NCBI GenBank assembly: GCA_951804945.1
Contig: OX638154.1
Coordinates: forward strand, 60,512,001-60,576,000
DNA: 64,000 nucleotides
Source of the DNA: Podarcis cretensis
Taxonomy: Eukaryota
Reading direction: 5' to 3'
Below, one piece after another: positions 1-11,471 of the stretch. The notes beneath the pieces were generated by a model. That model was not told the DNA's origin. It did not search any database and was given only the letters and a program-made list of their open reading frames with translations. Both the position numbers and the translations under genes were made by a program. How positions within the stretch are numbered: position 1 is the first letter of the stretch; each line of letters opens with the position of its first letter.

Positions 1-214
1 ACAAGAACAGCATTTCTAATTAGTCAAAACAATTTAGAAGCCATAAAAAAAGTTTGGTCTGGATAAGATGAAGGCTTAAAATTTTGTCTATATGTATGGA
101 GGAAAGGGTTGGGATGGGGAAGAACATTCCAATCTATGTGGATGAAGGAAGCTGAACAAAAGCAATACTAGCTCCCAGAAAACATTTGGAAGCAAATTTC
201 TGCCAAAACATGTA

Positions 215-758
215 CCGTATTTTTCGCCCTATAGGACGCACTTTTTCCCCTCCAAAAATGAAGGGGAAATGTGTGTGCGTCCTATGGGGCGAATGCAGGC
301 TTTCGCTGAAGCCTGGAGAGCGAGAGGGGTCGGTGAGTACCAACCCCTCTCGCTCTCCAGGCTTCAGGAAGCTATCCGCAAGCCTTGCAAGCCCGGCGGG
401 AGGTCCTGCGGGCTCGCAAGGCTTGCGGGCAGCAGCCTGCAGCCCAAAAGCTCAGGGGACAGCGGGGAGGCGGAGCGCCGCCACCCCGCTATTCCCCAAC
501 CTGATCTGGGGGCTTGCTTCTCCCCATCGCCAGCCCTCAAGCTCGGGGGAGAGCGGGGCAAGCCGCTGCCCCACGGAGGCTAGAGAGGCTGTCCCTGAAG
601 GCAGAAGAGGGAGACAGAGCGCTCTGTCTCCCTCTTCTAGCTTGGGGATGGCTGCGCAAACCTGGGGGGGGGGAATAATTTTTTTCCCCTTGATTTCCCC
701 CCCAAAAAAACTAGGTGCGTCCTATGGGCCGGTGCATCCTATAGGGCGAAAAATACGG
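215..758. mobile_element. Non-autonomous Tc1/mariner-superfamily (Tc2/pogo-like) MITE
   Basis: TIRs CCGTATTTTTCGCCCTATAGGACGCAC ... GTGCATCCTATAGGGCGAAAAATACGG. Flanked by TA at 213-214 and 759-760. GC/CpG-rich interior. Confidence 0.88.
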
Positions 759-2892
759 TAAGTGGAATATTTAGGGATCATTCTTGAACTAAAGTTCTTA
801 CTCCATCACAGCTTTCACTCCCTGACATGAGCAGCAGAAAATGGAATTACTAGGCAAGAAATAACATGCTGAAAAGACGACTGTAGAAAAGCTGCAAAAA
901 TGGTATGTCAGCAAACAGCTCCCTTTCACAGAATCAGGCCATAACCATGTTATTTATCTAAATTAATATTTTCTGCAGGAAGAGAAACCAAGGAAGATCC
1001 AGTGTGTAAGCAGCACTTGATTTTAGTCTTTATACTTGTTAAGGATGTCACTTGAAATGATGAAAATGACATATTGTCAAACTTTTTCATGACTTTGTAC
1101 AAGGTCCTAAGTTGGGACAAATCAGAAAAATATCTAAAGGACAACCTTTCAAAACTTAGATACAAGGTTACAATAACAAAGTTGGCCAAGAAGTTGTCCT
1201 AAATTTGAAGAGTATGCCCATGATTACATATAGGGTGCCTGTAACAATAAGTCCTCAGAATCTGGGCAACAAATATTGTTGAGAAGGGAAATGAAAGATA
1301 AAGCAAACCGCACATGCAGATCATGCTGTATAAATTTAAGGGTTGTTGGGTTATTTATTTTTAACAGAACAATGGAGAATTCAGCTTCAGAAAAACAAGA
1401 TGAGAAAACTCCAATAATAAATTTGGGCAAGGGAAATTTTGGGCATATTCTTAGTTTACCAGAACATATTTCTCAAATGAAATTGAGAAGGTACACCCCA
1501 GGAACATATGAGAAAAAGCTGTTCACATCAGAATGGTTTAAGTCCTTTCACTGCCAAGGATTGTAGGCAACATTAGGGAACTTGCCTCAAACACTCAGCC
1601 CTAAAATGGGTATAATACTAACCAATTCTAATACTAACTCATCCAACTAATATTATGTGTGTGAAAACAATCAGGATTGCAAAAGTGTAATGAAAATTTA
1701 GAACATCTACATAAAATAGTTGTACTAGTGTATTCCTATAAAATTATAAAATTCAGACTTGTTACTAAAAGTAGCATTTTTATTACTGGTTTTCTTAAGG
1801 GAAAGTGACATTGACAATCATAGTTTATCTTGAGCTTGGGTGGAGAAGGCCTTTTTCCTTTTGATTAAGTCCTGTCTATGCTTTATTAAGCTGTACAACA
1901 AGATTGACAAGGGGAAGGATGCTTTCAACAACCCTCCCAGCCTGGATCCAGTGCTTTGTCTTTCAAGTTCTTTCAACAGAAGCGGAAGGAAGCTTTTCCC
2001 CTTTAATTATCATGGCATATTATTTCTTTTTAAGGAGCTGTCAGCTACACAGCATTCACTTAATGGGTCTCTCATTCAGATAATGACAATGGAACTGTTT
2101 CACAGGAGTAGCTGTTTAAACACAATATAAATAACCTCAATTTCTGGGGGCTGGGGTGCGGGGAGAAAGGTTGATTAAAACAAAAATATACTGATCAGGA
2201 TTACTTTGTAGAACACATATAGACCTAGCCTAAAGCAAAAAGAAGTGTTGTCAAAAAGCAGAGGAGGAAAATGACAACTACTGAAACTACTGAAACACTT
2301 TTAAGAGCTTATATCAAAGACAGCAATACAACTGTGATGCTCTGATATTGTTTGCCATTTAGAAAATATGCTTAAGAGATGTTATGGCAAAACATACTTC
2401 CACTGGGTTCTTTCAAATAATAAAATCTTAAAAACAAATATAGACACACTCCAAGAACTTTTGCACTATCTCCATTGAAATATGGTAAATGCTGGCAATG
2501 TGAGATCATGTGTCCTCATTTGCATCTATCTGCCATGAAGTTCAGATATATACAGAACCAAAGCTCACAATAACTTGTCTCAGAATATGAACTTGTTCAT
2601 CTTACAGTGCTTGACTGCATTACAAACTAATCAGAAATCCCTCTGCGCCCACATACCCCCCTGCAAATTTTTTTCCTCTTCAGCTCAAAATTTAAAACTT
2701 CCCATGATGTCTGGAATGGTACAGTGGGAACACCCCAGACACCAAGAACTATGACCAATGTAGTTTTTCATGCTTCCCTCGTCCTTATTAGACACCCTGG
2801 AATCTACATTTCCAAACTATCCTTGCAACTGAGACACTGTGATGAGCACAGATACCAGCATCTTAGGTACAAGTAGCACTGGACATGGGGTA

Positions 2893-3271
2893 GGGACGTG
2901 GGTGGCGCTGTGGTCTAAACCACTGAGCCTCTTGAGCTTGCCAATCAGGTCGTCGGTTCGAATCCCCACAATGGGATGAGCTCCCTTTGCTCGGTCCCAG
3001 CTCCTGCCAACCTAGCAGTTTGAAAGCACATCAAAGTGCAAGTAGATAAATAGGTACCGATCCAGTGGGAAGGTAAACGGCATTTCCGTGCACTGCTTTG
3101 GTTTCGGTGTTCCATTGCACCAGAAGCAGCTTAGTCATGCTGGCCACATGACCCAGAAAAACTGTCTGCGGACAAACGCCGGCTCCCTCGGCCTGTAAAG
3201 CGAGATGAGCGCATCAACCACAGAGTCGTCTGCGACTGGACTTAACAGTCAGGGGTCCTTTTCCTTTACCT
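2893..3271 (+). mobile_element. Sauria SINE, full length
   Basis: tRNA-like head with A box TGGCGCTGTGG and B box GGTTCGAATCC, body AAAGTGCAAGTAGATAAATAGGTACC, (ACCTTT)-type tail. Homologous to other copies in the window. Confidence 0.92.
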
Positions 3272-6125
3272 GCACCATATTTAGCATCCAGAGCATTGTA
3301 TACCAGCATTGCACACCTGGTTTTCTGACCTCAAGCCAGGACAAAATAAACATCCAGGCATTTGAGGAATTTTAGACATGCTTCTTGGCAACCCTGATAT
3401 CAGTGGATGAGAGAACTTAACTGTAACTGTTTTACAATTGCTTTTAAATTGTTTCATTGCGGACATGTTTGATAATGGTGGTGATGTAACTACAAACACC
3501 ACCTAATTAGTAAAAAACAAAGGAGAAGAGTATGTAGGATGTGGTCCAGGGACCAGTGTGGGTACCGTGAGTAATGTCACTATCACCAGAGCAATAAAAT
3601 CTGAATTTTGAAACTGAGAATTGAGGGGGCAAACCTATTCGGAGTGGGTTTGGGGTCCAAAATCAAAATCAAGCCAGGGGTAGCTCATCTTTCATGAATC
3701 TCAATGAAACATGCATAGAAGAACTTCCTGTGAACTGGTTTACAAGTCTTATGGACATGCTCCCACACAAATTTATTTAAAAGCCAATGTCATGCCCTAT
3801 TATCCTCTAAACAGTGCATATGAAAGCAAGGTCTTGACATCTGTAAAACTGGGGTCAGAGTAAGGTCGTGCAACAATGCATTTTTCCTTCCAACTGTAGG
3901 TCTTTGCATGGGTCATGATAGAAAAACGCTTACATATTTTCCACATTTCATCTGTTTTGATATCCAAATCAGAATGGCAAGCAGGCTGCTATTCAGAGCC
4001 ACAGCTTTCATTGTCTCTGCCAATCTAGGTCATTGTTTAATTTCTTTTCCAAAGGGGGGAAGAAGGAGCACGTTTTTTCAATGAGATGCCAATTCTGCTC
4101 TTCTGTTATTCTCACTGTAGTTTAAGAACCACAATCACATAATTAGTTTTAAAATGTTGTTTCTCCTCCGTAACATTTCAGCTCTTGTGTTACACCACAC
4201 TATTATTTATTACAAAAGTGTCCCCATGACTTAGATTTTCCTGCAGATTATATGCAATCTTCTTATTTTAACAAACATGAGAAGATTTCCATTCTCTTTC
4301 TGAGTGCACAAAGGAGCAATGCAAACAATTTCTGAATTAATTGGCTTTTAATTCTAAGAGAAGTACAGAGCTTATACCCTGAATGCATCTTATGATGATA
4401 TAATACCTAGGAATTAATGAAGTAAACATTCAAAAACCCAATTAAATACAGTTAAAGTACTAGCAGCAGTTGTATTACTATTTGCTCTGCACAACTGATT
4501 AAAGGCTTCAAGTTTATTTTTCCACCACATTTCTAGAAATATTTTTATTTTAAGAATCAGTTGGCATTTGCACTAAATAAGCATTTTACAGTTTTCATAG
4601 CTTGGGCTACAAGATGCACTTTTGATTTTATTTGAACAAAAGCAGACTAGACAGGAGAAAATAGTTTTGTGGCCTGTAATATTTTGAGCATTAATGAGCT
4701 ATCACTTGGGTTAAGAAGAGTTAGTAAACTAGAAATACATTTATTCCTCCTCGCCCAAAATGCATCAATAGTGACCGCCACCTAAACTCTCCTGGCTAGA
4801 AAATAACACAACACAAGGAAAATATTGTATGTCCTATATTACACATGTACAATAGGACTTTTCTATCAACTGGTGCCCCAGATAGAACTGGTGCAAATAG
4901 AGAAAATTCAGTTTATATGTTTTCTCTGGGAACAAGGAGAAAGAAGAAGCACACAAACAATTGAAAAGAAGCCAGTCAAGGAACAAAGTTGTGTTTGGTG
5001 AGTCAATTAAATGCTAGAGTTGAAGTGCTCAACGCTCAATGGCAAGAATCAAAACAACGTGCTGCTTTTGACCTGGTGCATCAACAGTTCTAATTACTGT
5101 ACTGCAGGAAAATTGGGGGGACGGACCTTACAGTTCCTGCAGAAACAGTCTATTTTGGAGAGTTCCATGTACTGTACACTTAAAAGTGTGGTTAGTTTAA
5201 AGGGGGAGGGCTGGTTTACACAGCACTTCACCAGCACCACACAAACATGTGAGTTCCTGGGGAATAGTTTACTGTTGCTTTGCCTCTCTCCAGCCTATTT
5301 TACTCCTGCGGCATACTGAGGTGAGCCAAAATTTTATTTGGATGTTGTTCAGACTCATGCCCATGATGAAAGTCTATCCTCACCCATCCCAAGCTGCACC
5401 AAATAACAAAGTGAGAGCTTAATCCAGGTTGAGCCCAGGTTGGAACAGCATGCTAAGCCAAACCCTGGCTTAGATCAGCAACACAGTGTCAGTGAAAAGG
5501 ACATGGAAGGAGCAAAGCAGCCATAAGCTCCTCACTGTTTGCACAGTCCCATTAATGCATAGTGCAAATACAATAGTGGGTACAATCTGCTGTTCCCAAC
5601 CATGGTCTTTGTACTCCTCCTGGTAAGCAGCAGCAATGTGACCCACTGGAGGTCAGGGGAGCAGTGGTGCACCATCGTACCATCCACTACAGCTGTAACT
5701 GCAATACTAACTGTAGACATAGATCCTAATAAAGAGATGGCTACATGCAATGAAGTTTTGCAGCACATGATTGCTTACAAACAGATAAAAACTGCATGTA
5801 CTGGCCCTAGATAAGAAATAAGTACTGACTATCATTCACAGCACAAAACAAATTTACACAGACATGCTCTATCCACAGTATACAATGCAATGCACATGAA
5901 TGCTTAGATGCACACCTCCGTTTGATCTATGTGCATCAGGTGCCTCCTGGCACAGCATTTGACATCCACACAACAGAATGCAGTAGTATGTGATGATTTG
6001 AGCCCAACTTCAATGTGTGGACCTCCCTTTCTGGACTGGGACAACTGTCAAAATTATGATGGGGACCAGAAATAGGAGGAGGGAGGCTCTGAAAAGAAGA
6101 GCCTGGGTACAAATTTTGTGTCAAT

Positions 6126-6790
6126 CTATTTATTTGTTTATTTGGTTTATATACCACCCTTTATCAAGAGATCCCAGGGCAGTATACAATATTAAGAACA
6201 CATTTTACCGAGCATCAGTAATAAAAACATATTAAAAGCTCAATAGAAAGCTTAATAACAGACACTGTGATAATAAAATAATCATGATAACAGTCCATTG
6301 TCTTCATACCCTACCCCCCCCCCACTTTAACAGGCCATAGATTATTTAAGGGCCATAGACCTTAATAAAGAAGAATGGTTTTGCTTGGTGCCTAAGGCAT
6401 GACATGATGGTGCCTTGCAAGCCTCTTTGGGGAAAAAATTCCACTGTTGGGAAGTCACCAGAGAAATGGCCCCATCTCTTGCTGTCACCCATCGAACATC
6501 TTGAGGAGAAAGGACATAAAGAAGGGCCTCAGATGACAAGCACAGGGTCCAGTTTGGTTTTTATGGGGAGAGGCGGTCCTTAAGGTACTGAGATGGCTTT
6601 AAAGGTCAGCACCAGGACTCTAACTTAGGCCTGGAAACTGTCAGTCAGTGCAGTCAGGCCAGGATTGGCATTATATGCTCAGACAGTCTTGTTCTGGGGA
6701 GCAATCTGGCCATTGCACCATCTGAAGTTTCCAGCACATCTTCAGAGGCAGCCCCACGTATAAAGCATGACAGTAATCCAATCAGTAATC
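6126..6790 (-). mobile_element. Degenerate L2-type LINE 3' fragment
   Basis: TTTA-repeat tail followed by sequence resembling the reverse complement of L2 ORF2 end/3' UTR. Boundaries approximate. Confidence 0.6.
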
Positions 6791-6891
6791 TATGTGCTTA
6801 TAAGTACACAACACTGTCTCATTCACAACACAGTATATTAAGCAGATAAAGTATGATTATGATGCACTTATACATGTCACTGTCCTCATAA

Positions 6892-7260
6892 AGGTAATGG
6901 GTAAAGGGACCCCTGACCATTAGGTCCAGTCGTGGCCGACTCTGGGGTTGCGGCGCTCATCTCGCTCTATAGGCCGAGGGAGCTGGCGTTTGTCCACAGA
7001 CAGCTTCCGGGTCATGTGGCCAGCATGACTAAGCCGCTTTTGGCGAACCAGAGCAGTGCACAGAAACGCCGTTTACCTTCCTGCCGGAGCGGTACCTATT
7101 TATCTACTTGCACTTTGATGTGCTTTCGAACTGCTAGGTTGGCAGGAGCAGGGACAGAACAATGGGAGCTCACCCCATCATGGGGATTCGAACTGCCGAC
7201 CTTCTGATCGGCAAATCCTAGGCTCTGTGGTTTAACCCACAGCGCCACCCACGTCCATAT
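6892..7260 (-). mobile_element. Sauria SINE, full length, with TSD
   Basis: Reverse complement of the 2893 copy. 13-bp TSD ACTGTCCTCATAA at 6879-6891 and 7261-7273. Confidence 0.93.
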
Positions 7261-9650
7261 ACTGTCCTCATAATCACAGTTAAATTAAACTGAGGTCCTA
7301 GTCTTCCAAAATATGTCCTTATTCTTCCCCACCTAATTCCTCTAAAATACATCGATATTATTTCTGTGGGAAAAAATCCTTCACAGATGGACCATTTTCA
7401 GTTTTCCAATGTCACAGTAACTCTCTTAGCAATCAGCAAGCATAAGAAAAAAAATTCACTTCCCATGGCCTCTTGGGATTCTGTGTACTTCAGGCACATC
7501 TGCTATGTATTTCTTTCCTTCTATATAGAAAAAAAGCCATCTGACCTAAGCTCTGGGAATATGCATAGTTACTCGTTTTTAAAAAAGAAAAACAATTAGA
7601 TGAAGATGAGAGTACAGTCCACCAAGAGCATCTGACCTATTTATTGTAATTTGTAATATGTGTGATTATCTTAATTCCACACAGATTTTCAGTCATGTAA
7701 CCTAGATCTGCAGACAGGCTTAACTAGCCATACTATGTGATCAGGGAGAGAAATACCATTAATAATAGCACTTTTCAGTATACATACAAAGTGCTTTCAA
7801 TTCTTAATTCATTTATCATCACAGCAAGCCTGTGAACAGGTATAGATTTAATCTCTGAATAGGTTAAGTTTGGAGACATCTCACAGGGCCCCTTTCATAA
7901 CCAAATACATCAAACCCTCAACTGCATTGCATTGGCCCAATGCGGAAAACAATGAAACATTTGGGAACCTGAAGTAAATCGATTTGCTCTCTAACTCTAA
8001 AATACTGCTATGTGCAAATGTAGTCATAGTTTTATACACATGAGGAAATAAGCTACTTGTAATTTATAAAGGGTGCTGGTGCTGGTACAATTGCTCATTT
8101 GTTTTCTTCTTCTTCGGCCAGTTCTGTATTTTAACACAGTGTGACCACAACTGACACAAGGGTTATGTTCCCAGATGGTTGCACATAAATGCAAAATTGT
8201 GCAAAGTCAGAATAACCCCCCCCCCGAACCACTCCCATCATCTGAGATGTTGAAAATTCTTGGACAGTCCCACAAGAGCCTCCAGAGCAAAAATTTCCTG
8301 CTCCCTTTCTATTCATTTATTGGTCCGCATAAAGCTGTGATCACATAAGCAAAATCAGCATGTTGGGATCCTACTGTATATTCACTTACTATTGTTATAT
8401 ACGTAATTGGAAATGACCAAATTACTTGAATCGTTTATCTGTCATGCCTGTTGGATATTAAACATAATATCAGAGGAAGAGAACTTTCCACCATTTTCTT
8501 ACACTATATTCTTTGACAAACTGCATAGCGACAGAGCAAGATGCACCAAGTTATATTTTAGCTGAGACGTATAATTTATTTATACACACCAGAATTATTC
8601 TTCATAGATTTTTGTCATGTATTTGATGATACAATGAAATCCAGCTGCTACTGTGATTTAAAATCCCCAAATCCTATCTATCTTTTTGAAAGGAGCTTCT
8701 TAAAAAAAACAACACAATTTTTACAGATTTCTACAACAGTAATGTACAAAAGCAAAATCAAAAATCAAAAAATGATTATATTATGATGAAAAACAAAAGT
8801 ACACGAAGTCTTCTCAAACTTTGTACAGCAGAAAACAACAAATCGTGTCCTCCCTAAAAGAGGGCACGTGTTATGGTGAGATCTGGAGACTGACCCCCTC
8901 TGTTGTGGGTGGGTTTGATTGGTTAGCCATAACATCCAATTGGTAGGTGCCTTGATGTTGGGTCCAATCTGACCAATGGGGTGCAGTCCAAACAGATTGA
9001 GGGACCTATATATACCCATGCATGTGACCCAGAGCTTCCTCTTTTGGCTCATGCATTCGGAACAAGCTAACAGCGTGTCCTCTGTGCAGCTGAGAGACTT
9101 ACCTTTGACGGATCGTCTGACTGATTTCTTTCTATTTTTTATTCCCCCTTTTTGTTATTGCTTTTTATTCTTCCTTTTGAGTTGTTCTCTCCCCCTTCCC
9201 TTCCCTTCCTCTTAACGGGGCTTTGCCCCTCTGGGGCTCCAGCCCCCGGACGCTCCTGTTGTGGAGCTTGCTGCTGCTCTCCCCTTTCATTTTGGTGGTT
9301 GGTTTTTCTGGCTGCGGTAGCAGCCTTGTGCCTAATACATGACTTTGGGCAAGTGCGTTTGTCACTCCTTTAGCCCTGTCATTAAGTCCTTTGATTGGTT
9401 TCATAGCAGCGAGAGTTCCCTCTCCCTGGCTTTATTGTGCTCCCTTTCATTTTAGCTGGGTAGTGTATTTGTTAAGGGCGGGAAAAACCTCTGTTTTGTT
9501 CTGGCCGCCATTTTAGGTCACAGGGTTTGGTTCTTCCTGACGAGTTTTGGTGGGAGCGCCATTTTGCATTGGCGGGAGTGCCATTTTAAAGGCCTGGGTC
9601 TTTCTGTGTATTTGTAATTAGCATTCCCTACACAAGACAAAAGGACCGTG

Positions 9651-10730
9651 ATGCCTATTAAAAGGAATCCCAGTCCTGCTCTCCCTTCTAAGAGGGTCAT
9701 TAGGGGTCCCTCTCAGTCATTGCGTTCTGTGCCAGCCCCTGTGGTTCATCAGCCTATGCTGGATCGCTTGAGTGCAATTATGGCCAATATTGGCTCAGAC
9801 CCTGCTGCCATGACTCGCTTTAATACAGAACTTGAGTCACTGGCTCAGCAGTTTGGGAGGCAGCCTGATGCTCAGCCCATCCACGTCCTCTACTGTTTTT
9901 GAGGCTCACGGTCCTTCGGATGTGAGCGAAGGGAGTGAGGTTTATGATCCTTCTGAGGCTTTGCTGTCTCCATTTCAGCCTTCCAGAATACCAGACCCAG
10001 CTATTCCTAGGGGTCGTCCTAGGAGCATGGGTGCTATGGTGCAGCGGGCCTTTCGGTCAGGGCTGCCTTGTTTGCAGTCGGCAGCCCCAGGTTCTGGGAG
10101 TTCAGGGCTTCAGCCTGCACAGCATGTGGGAAGGGGAATTTTCTCCCAGCCAAACTCCTCACATGTTTTTAGTTCTGTGCACATTCGGTCTGTTCCTTCG
10201 AGGGAGGCGCTCAGTGTCCAGTCTTTGGAGGAGGATCTCCCGGTGCCTAGAGTGTGTTGTAGTGGTTAAGAGTCGTAGATTCGTAATCTGGGGAACCGGG
10301 TTCGCTTCCCCGCTCCTCCACATGCAACTGCTGGGTGACCTTGGGTTAGTCACATTTCTCTGAAGTCTCTCAGCCCCACTCACCTCACAGAGTGTTTGTT
10401 GTGAGGAAAGGAAGGCAAAGGAGAATGTTAGCTGCTTTGAGACTCCTTCGGGTAGTGATAAAGCAGGATATCAAATCCAAACTCTTATCTTCTTATTCTT
10501 CTTCAACTGGTGGCAAGCGGCAGAGGAGTCATCGCTCCAAACGCATGGCCAAGAGGTGGAGAGATGGCGATTCATCCTCTTCTACTGGTACGTCTTCTCA
10601 GATCTTTGATGATGATTCAGTTCTGGGTTGTCCAGTAAAGGATGCCAAGAGATATTTGTCACTTCACCCTTCCTGGTTCACTAGGATGGGTCCCTGTTAA
10701 GGAGGCATCGATTTGCTGCAGTAATGCGCA
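9651..10730 (+). pseudogene. Decayed ORF1 (gag-like, by position) of the YR element, interrupted by a SINE
   Basis: Broken ORFs 9648-9902, 9832-10269 and the post-SINE part of 10392-10700 lie between the promoter and the YR remnant. Identity inferred from position only. Confidence 0.4.
10249..10505 (+). mobile_element. Squam3-like tRNA-derived SINE nested in the YR element
   Basis: A box TGTAGTGGTTAAGAG, B-box-like GGGTTCGCTTCCC, CORE-like GCTGGGTGACCTTGGG..AGTCAC, and a CTT-rich tail. Confidence 0.85.
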
Positions 10731-10732
10731 AT

Positions 10733-10849
10733 GCACCTCATTCCTTTCGTATTGGTGCAGCTACTACTGCTGCGCACTGGGGTCTGTCCGTCAACAGGAT
10801 CAAGGATCTGGGCCACTGGAAATCTGAGGTATACAGGGGTTAAGTTTGG
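10733..10849 (+). pseudogene. Tyrosine recombinase C-terminal remnant
   Basis: Manual translation from 10739: HSFRIGAATTAAHWGLSVNRIKDLGHWKSEVYRG*V. This matches the HxxR...GRWxS..Y..Y signature of DIRS/Ngaro YRs. The expected catalytic Tyr codon is TAA (10841-10843). Confidence 0.9.
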
Positions 10850-10896
10850 ATGCAGCGCTGAGGTGCAGTTATTAATGTTGTTTTGTTCATTCCTAG

Positions 10897-11471
10897 GCCC
10901 GCCTGCCCTGCACGTCTGGATAGTCGGGCACAGCATTGTCCACTGGGCCAGCATGAGGGCAGTGGAGTCTGGATTCGGATGCAGGCTCGGACTCCCCGGC
11001 CACGTGTGCATCTCCTGAGTGTCCAGACGAGGAATGCGTTGGGAGGAGCTTCTCCCGATGGTGCGGGCAAAGGTGTCTGTGGAAGGCACGCCTGCAGCGA
11101 TGATGGTGCAGCTGGGTGACAACAATTTACTGGAAGCTCCCAGCTTGAGCCTGTGAACCCGCATGCAGGAGGACTTGGAAGAGTTGAAGGCAGCTCTTCC
11201 TGGACTCAAAATTTTTTGGTCGCAGCTGTTGCAGCGACGTGTGTGGTGTGGTAGCCAATGCCCAGCTGCCACTGAGAGGGCCAGGAGGTGCATGCAGAGC
11301 GCAGTGGCCAAGAAGGTTCTGGCCTTGGGTGGGACGGTGATCCATCACCCGGGCATTACCTTCTGTGATGCGTCCCTTTACAGGCTTGATGGGGTTCATC
11401 TGTCTGTGATTGGGAATGATTTGTGGCTGACCTCCGTGTCAGCAGGGTTAAGGGATTGGTTACAGATGTGA
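10897..11471 (+). pseudogene. SGNH/GDSL hydrolase domain remnant of the YR element
   Basis: A single frame gives VWIVGHSIVHWA (block I), RRGMRW (II), VQLGDNN (III) and DGVHLS (V), with in-frame TGA at 11016-11018 and 11154-11156. It joins ORF-track pieces 10731-11018 and 11163-11471. Confidence 0.88.

Noticed and set aside
186-761. 191-aa ORF
   Set aside because: Coincides with a GC-rich MITE, has a non-ATG start and no transposase motifs.
2893-2970. tRNA-like A/B boxes (also at 10249, 40720, 44928)
   Set aside because: These are heads of SINEs continuing into SINE bodies, not tRNA genes.
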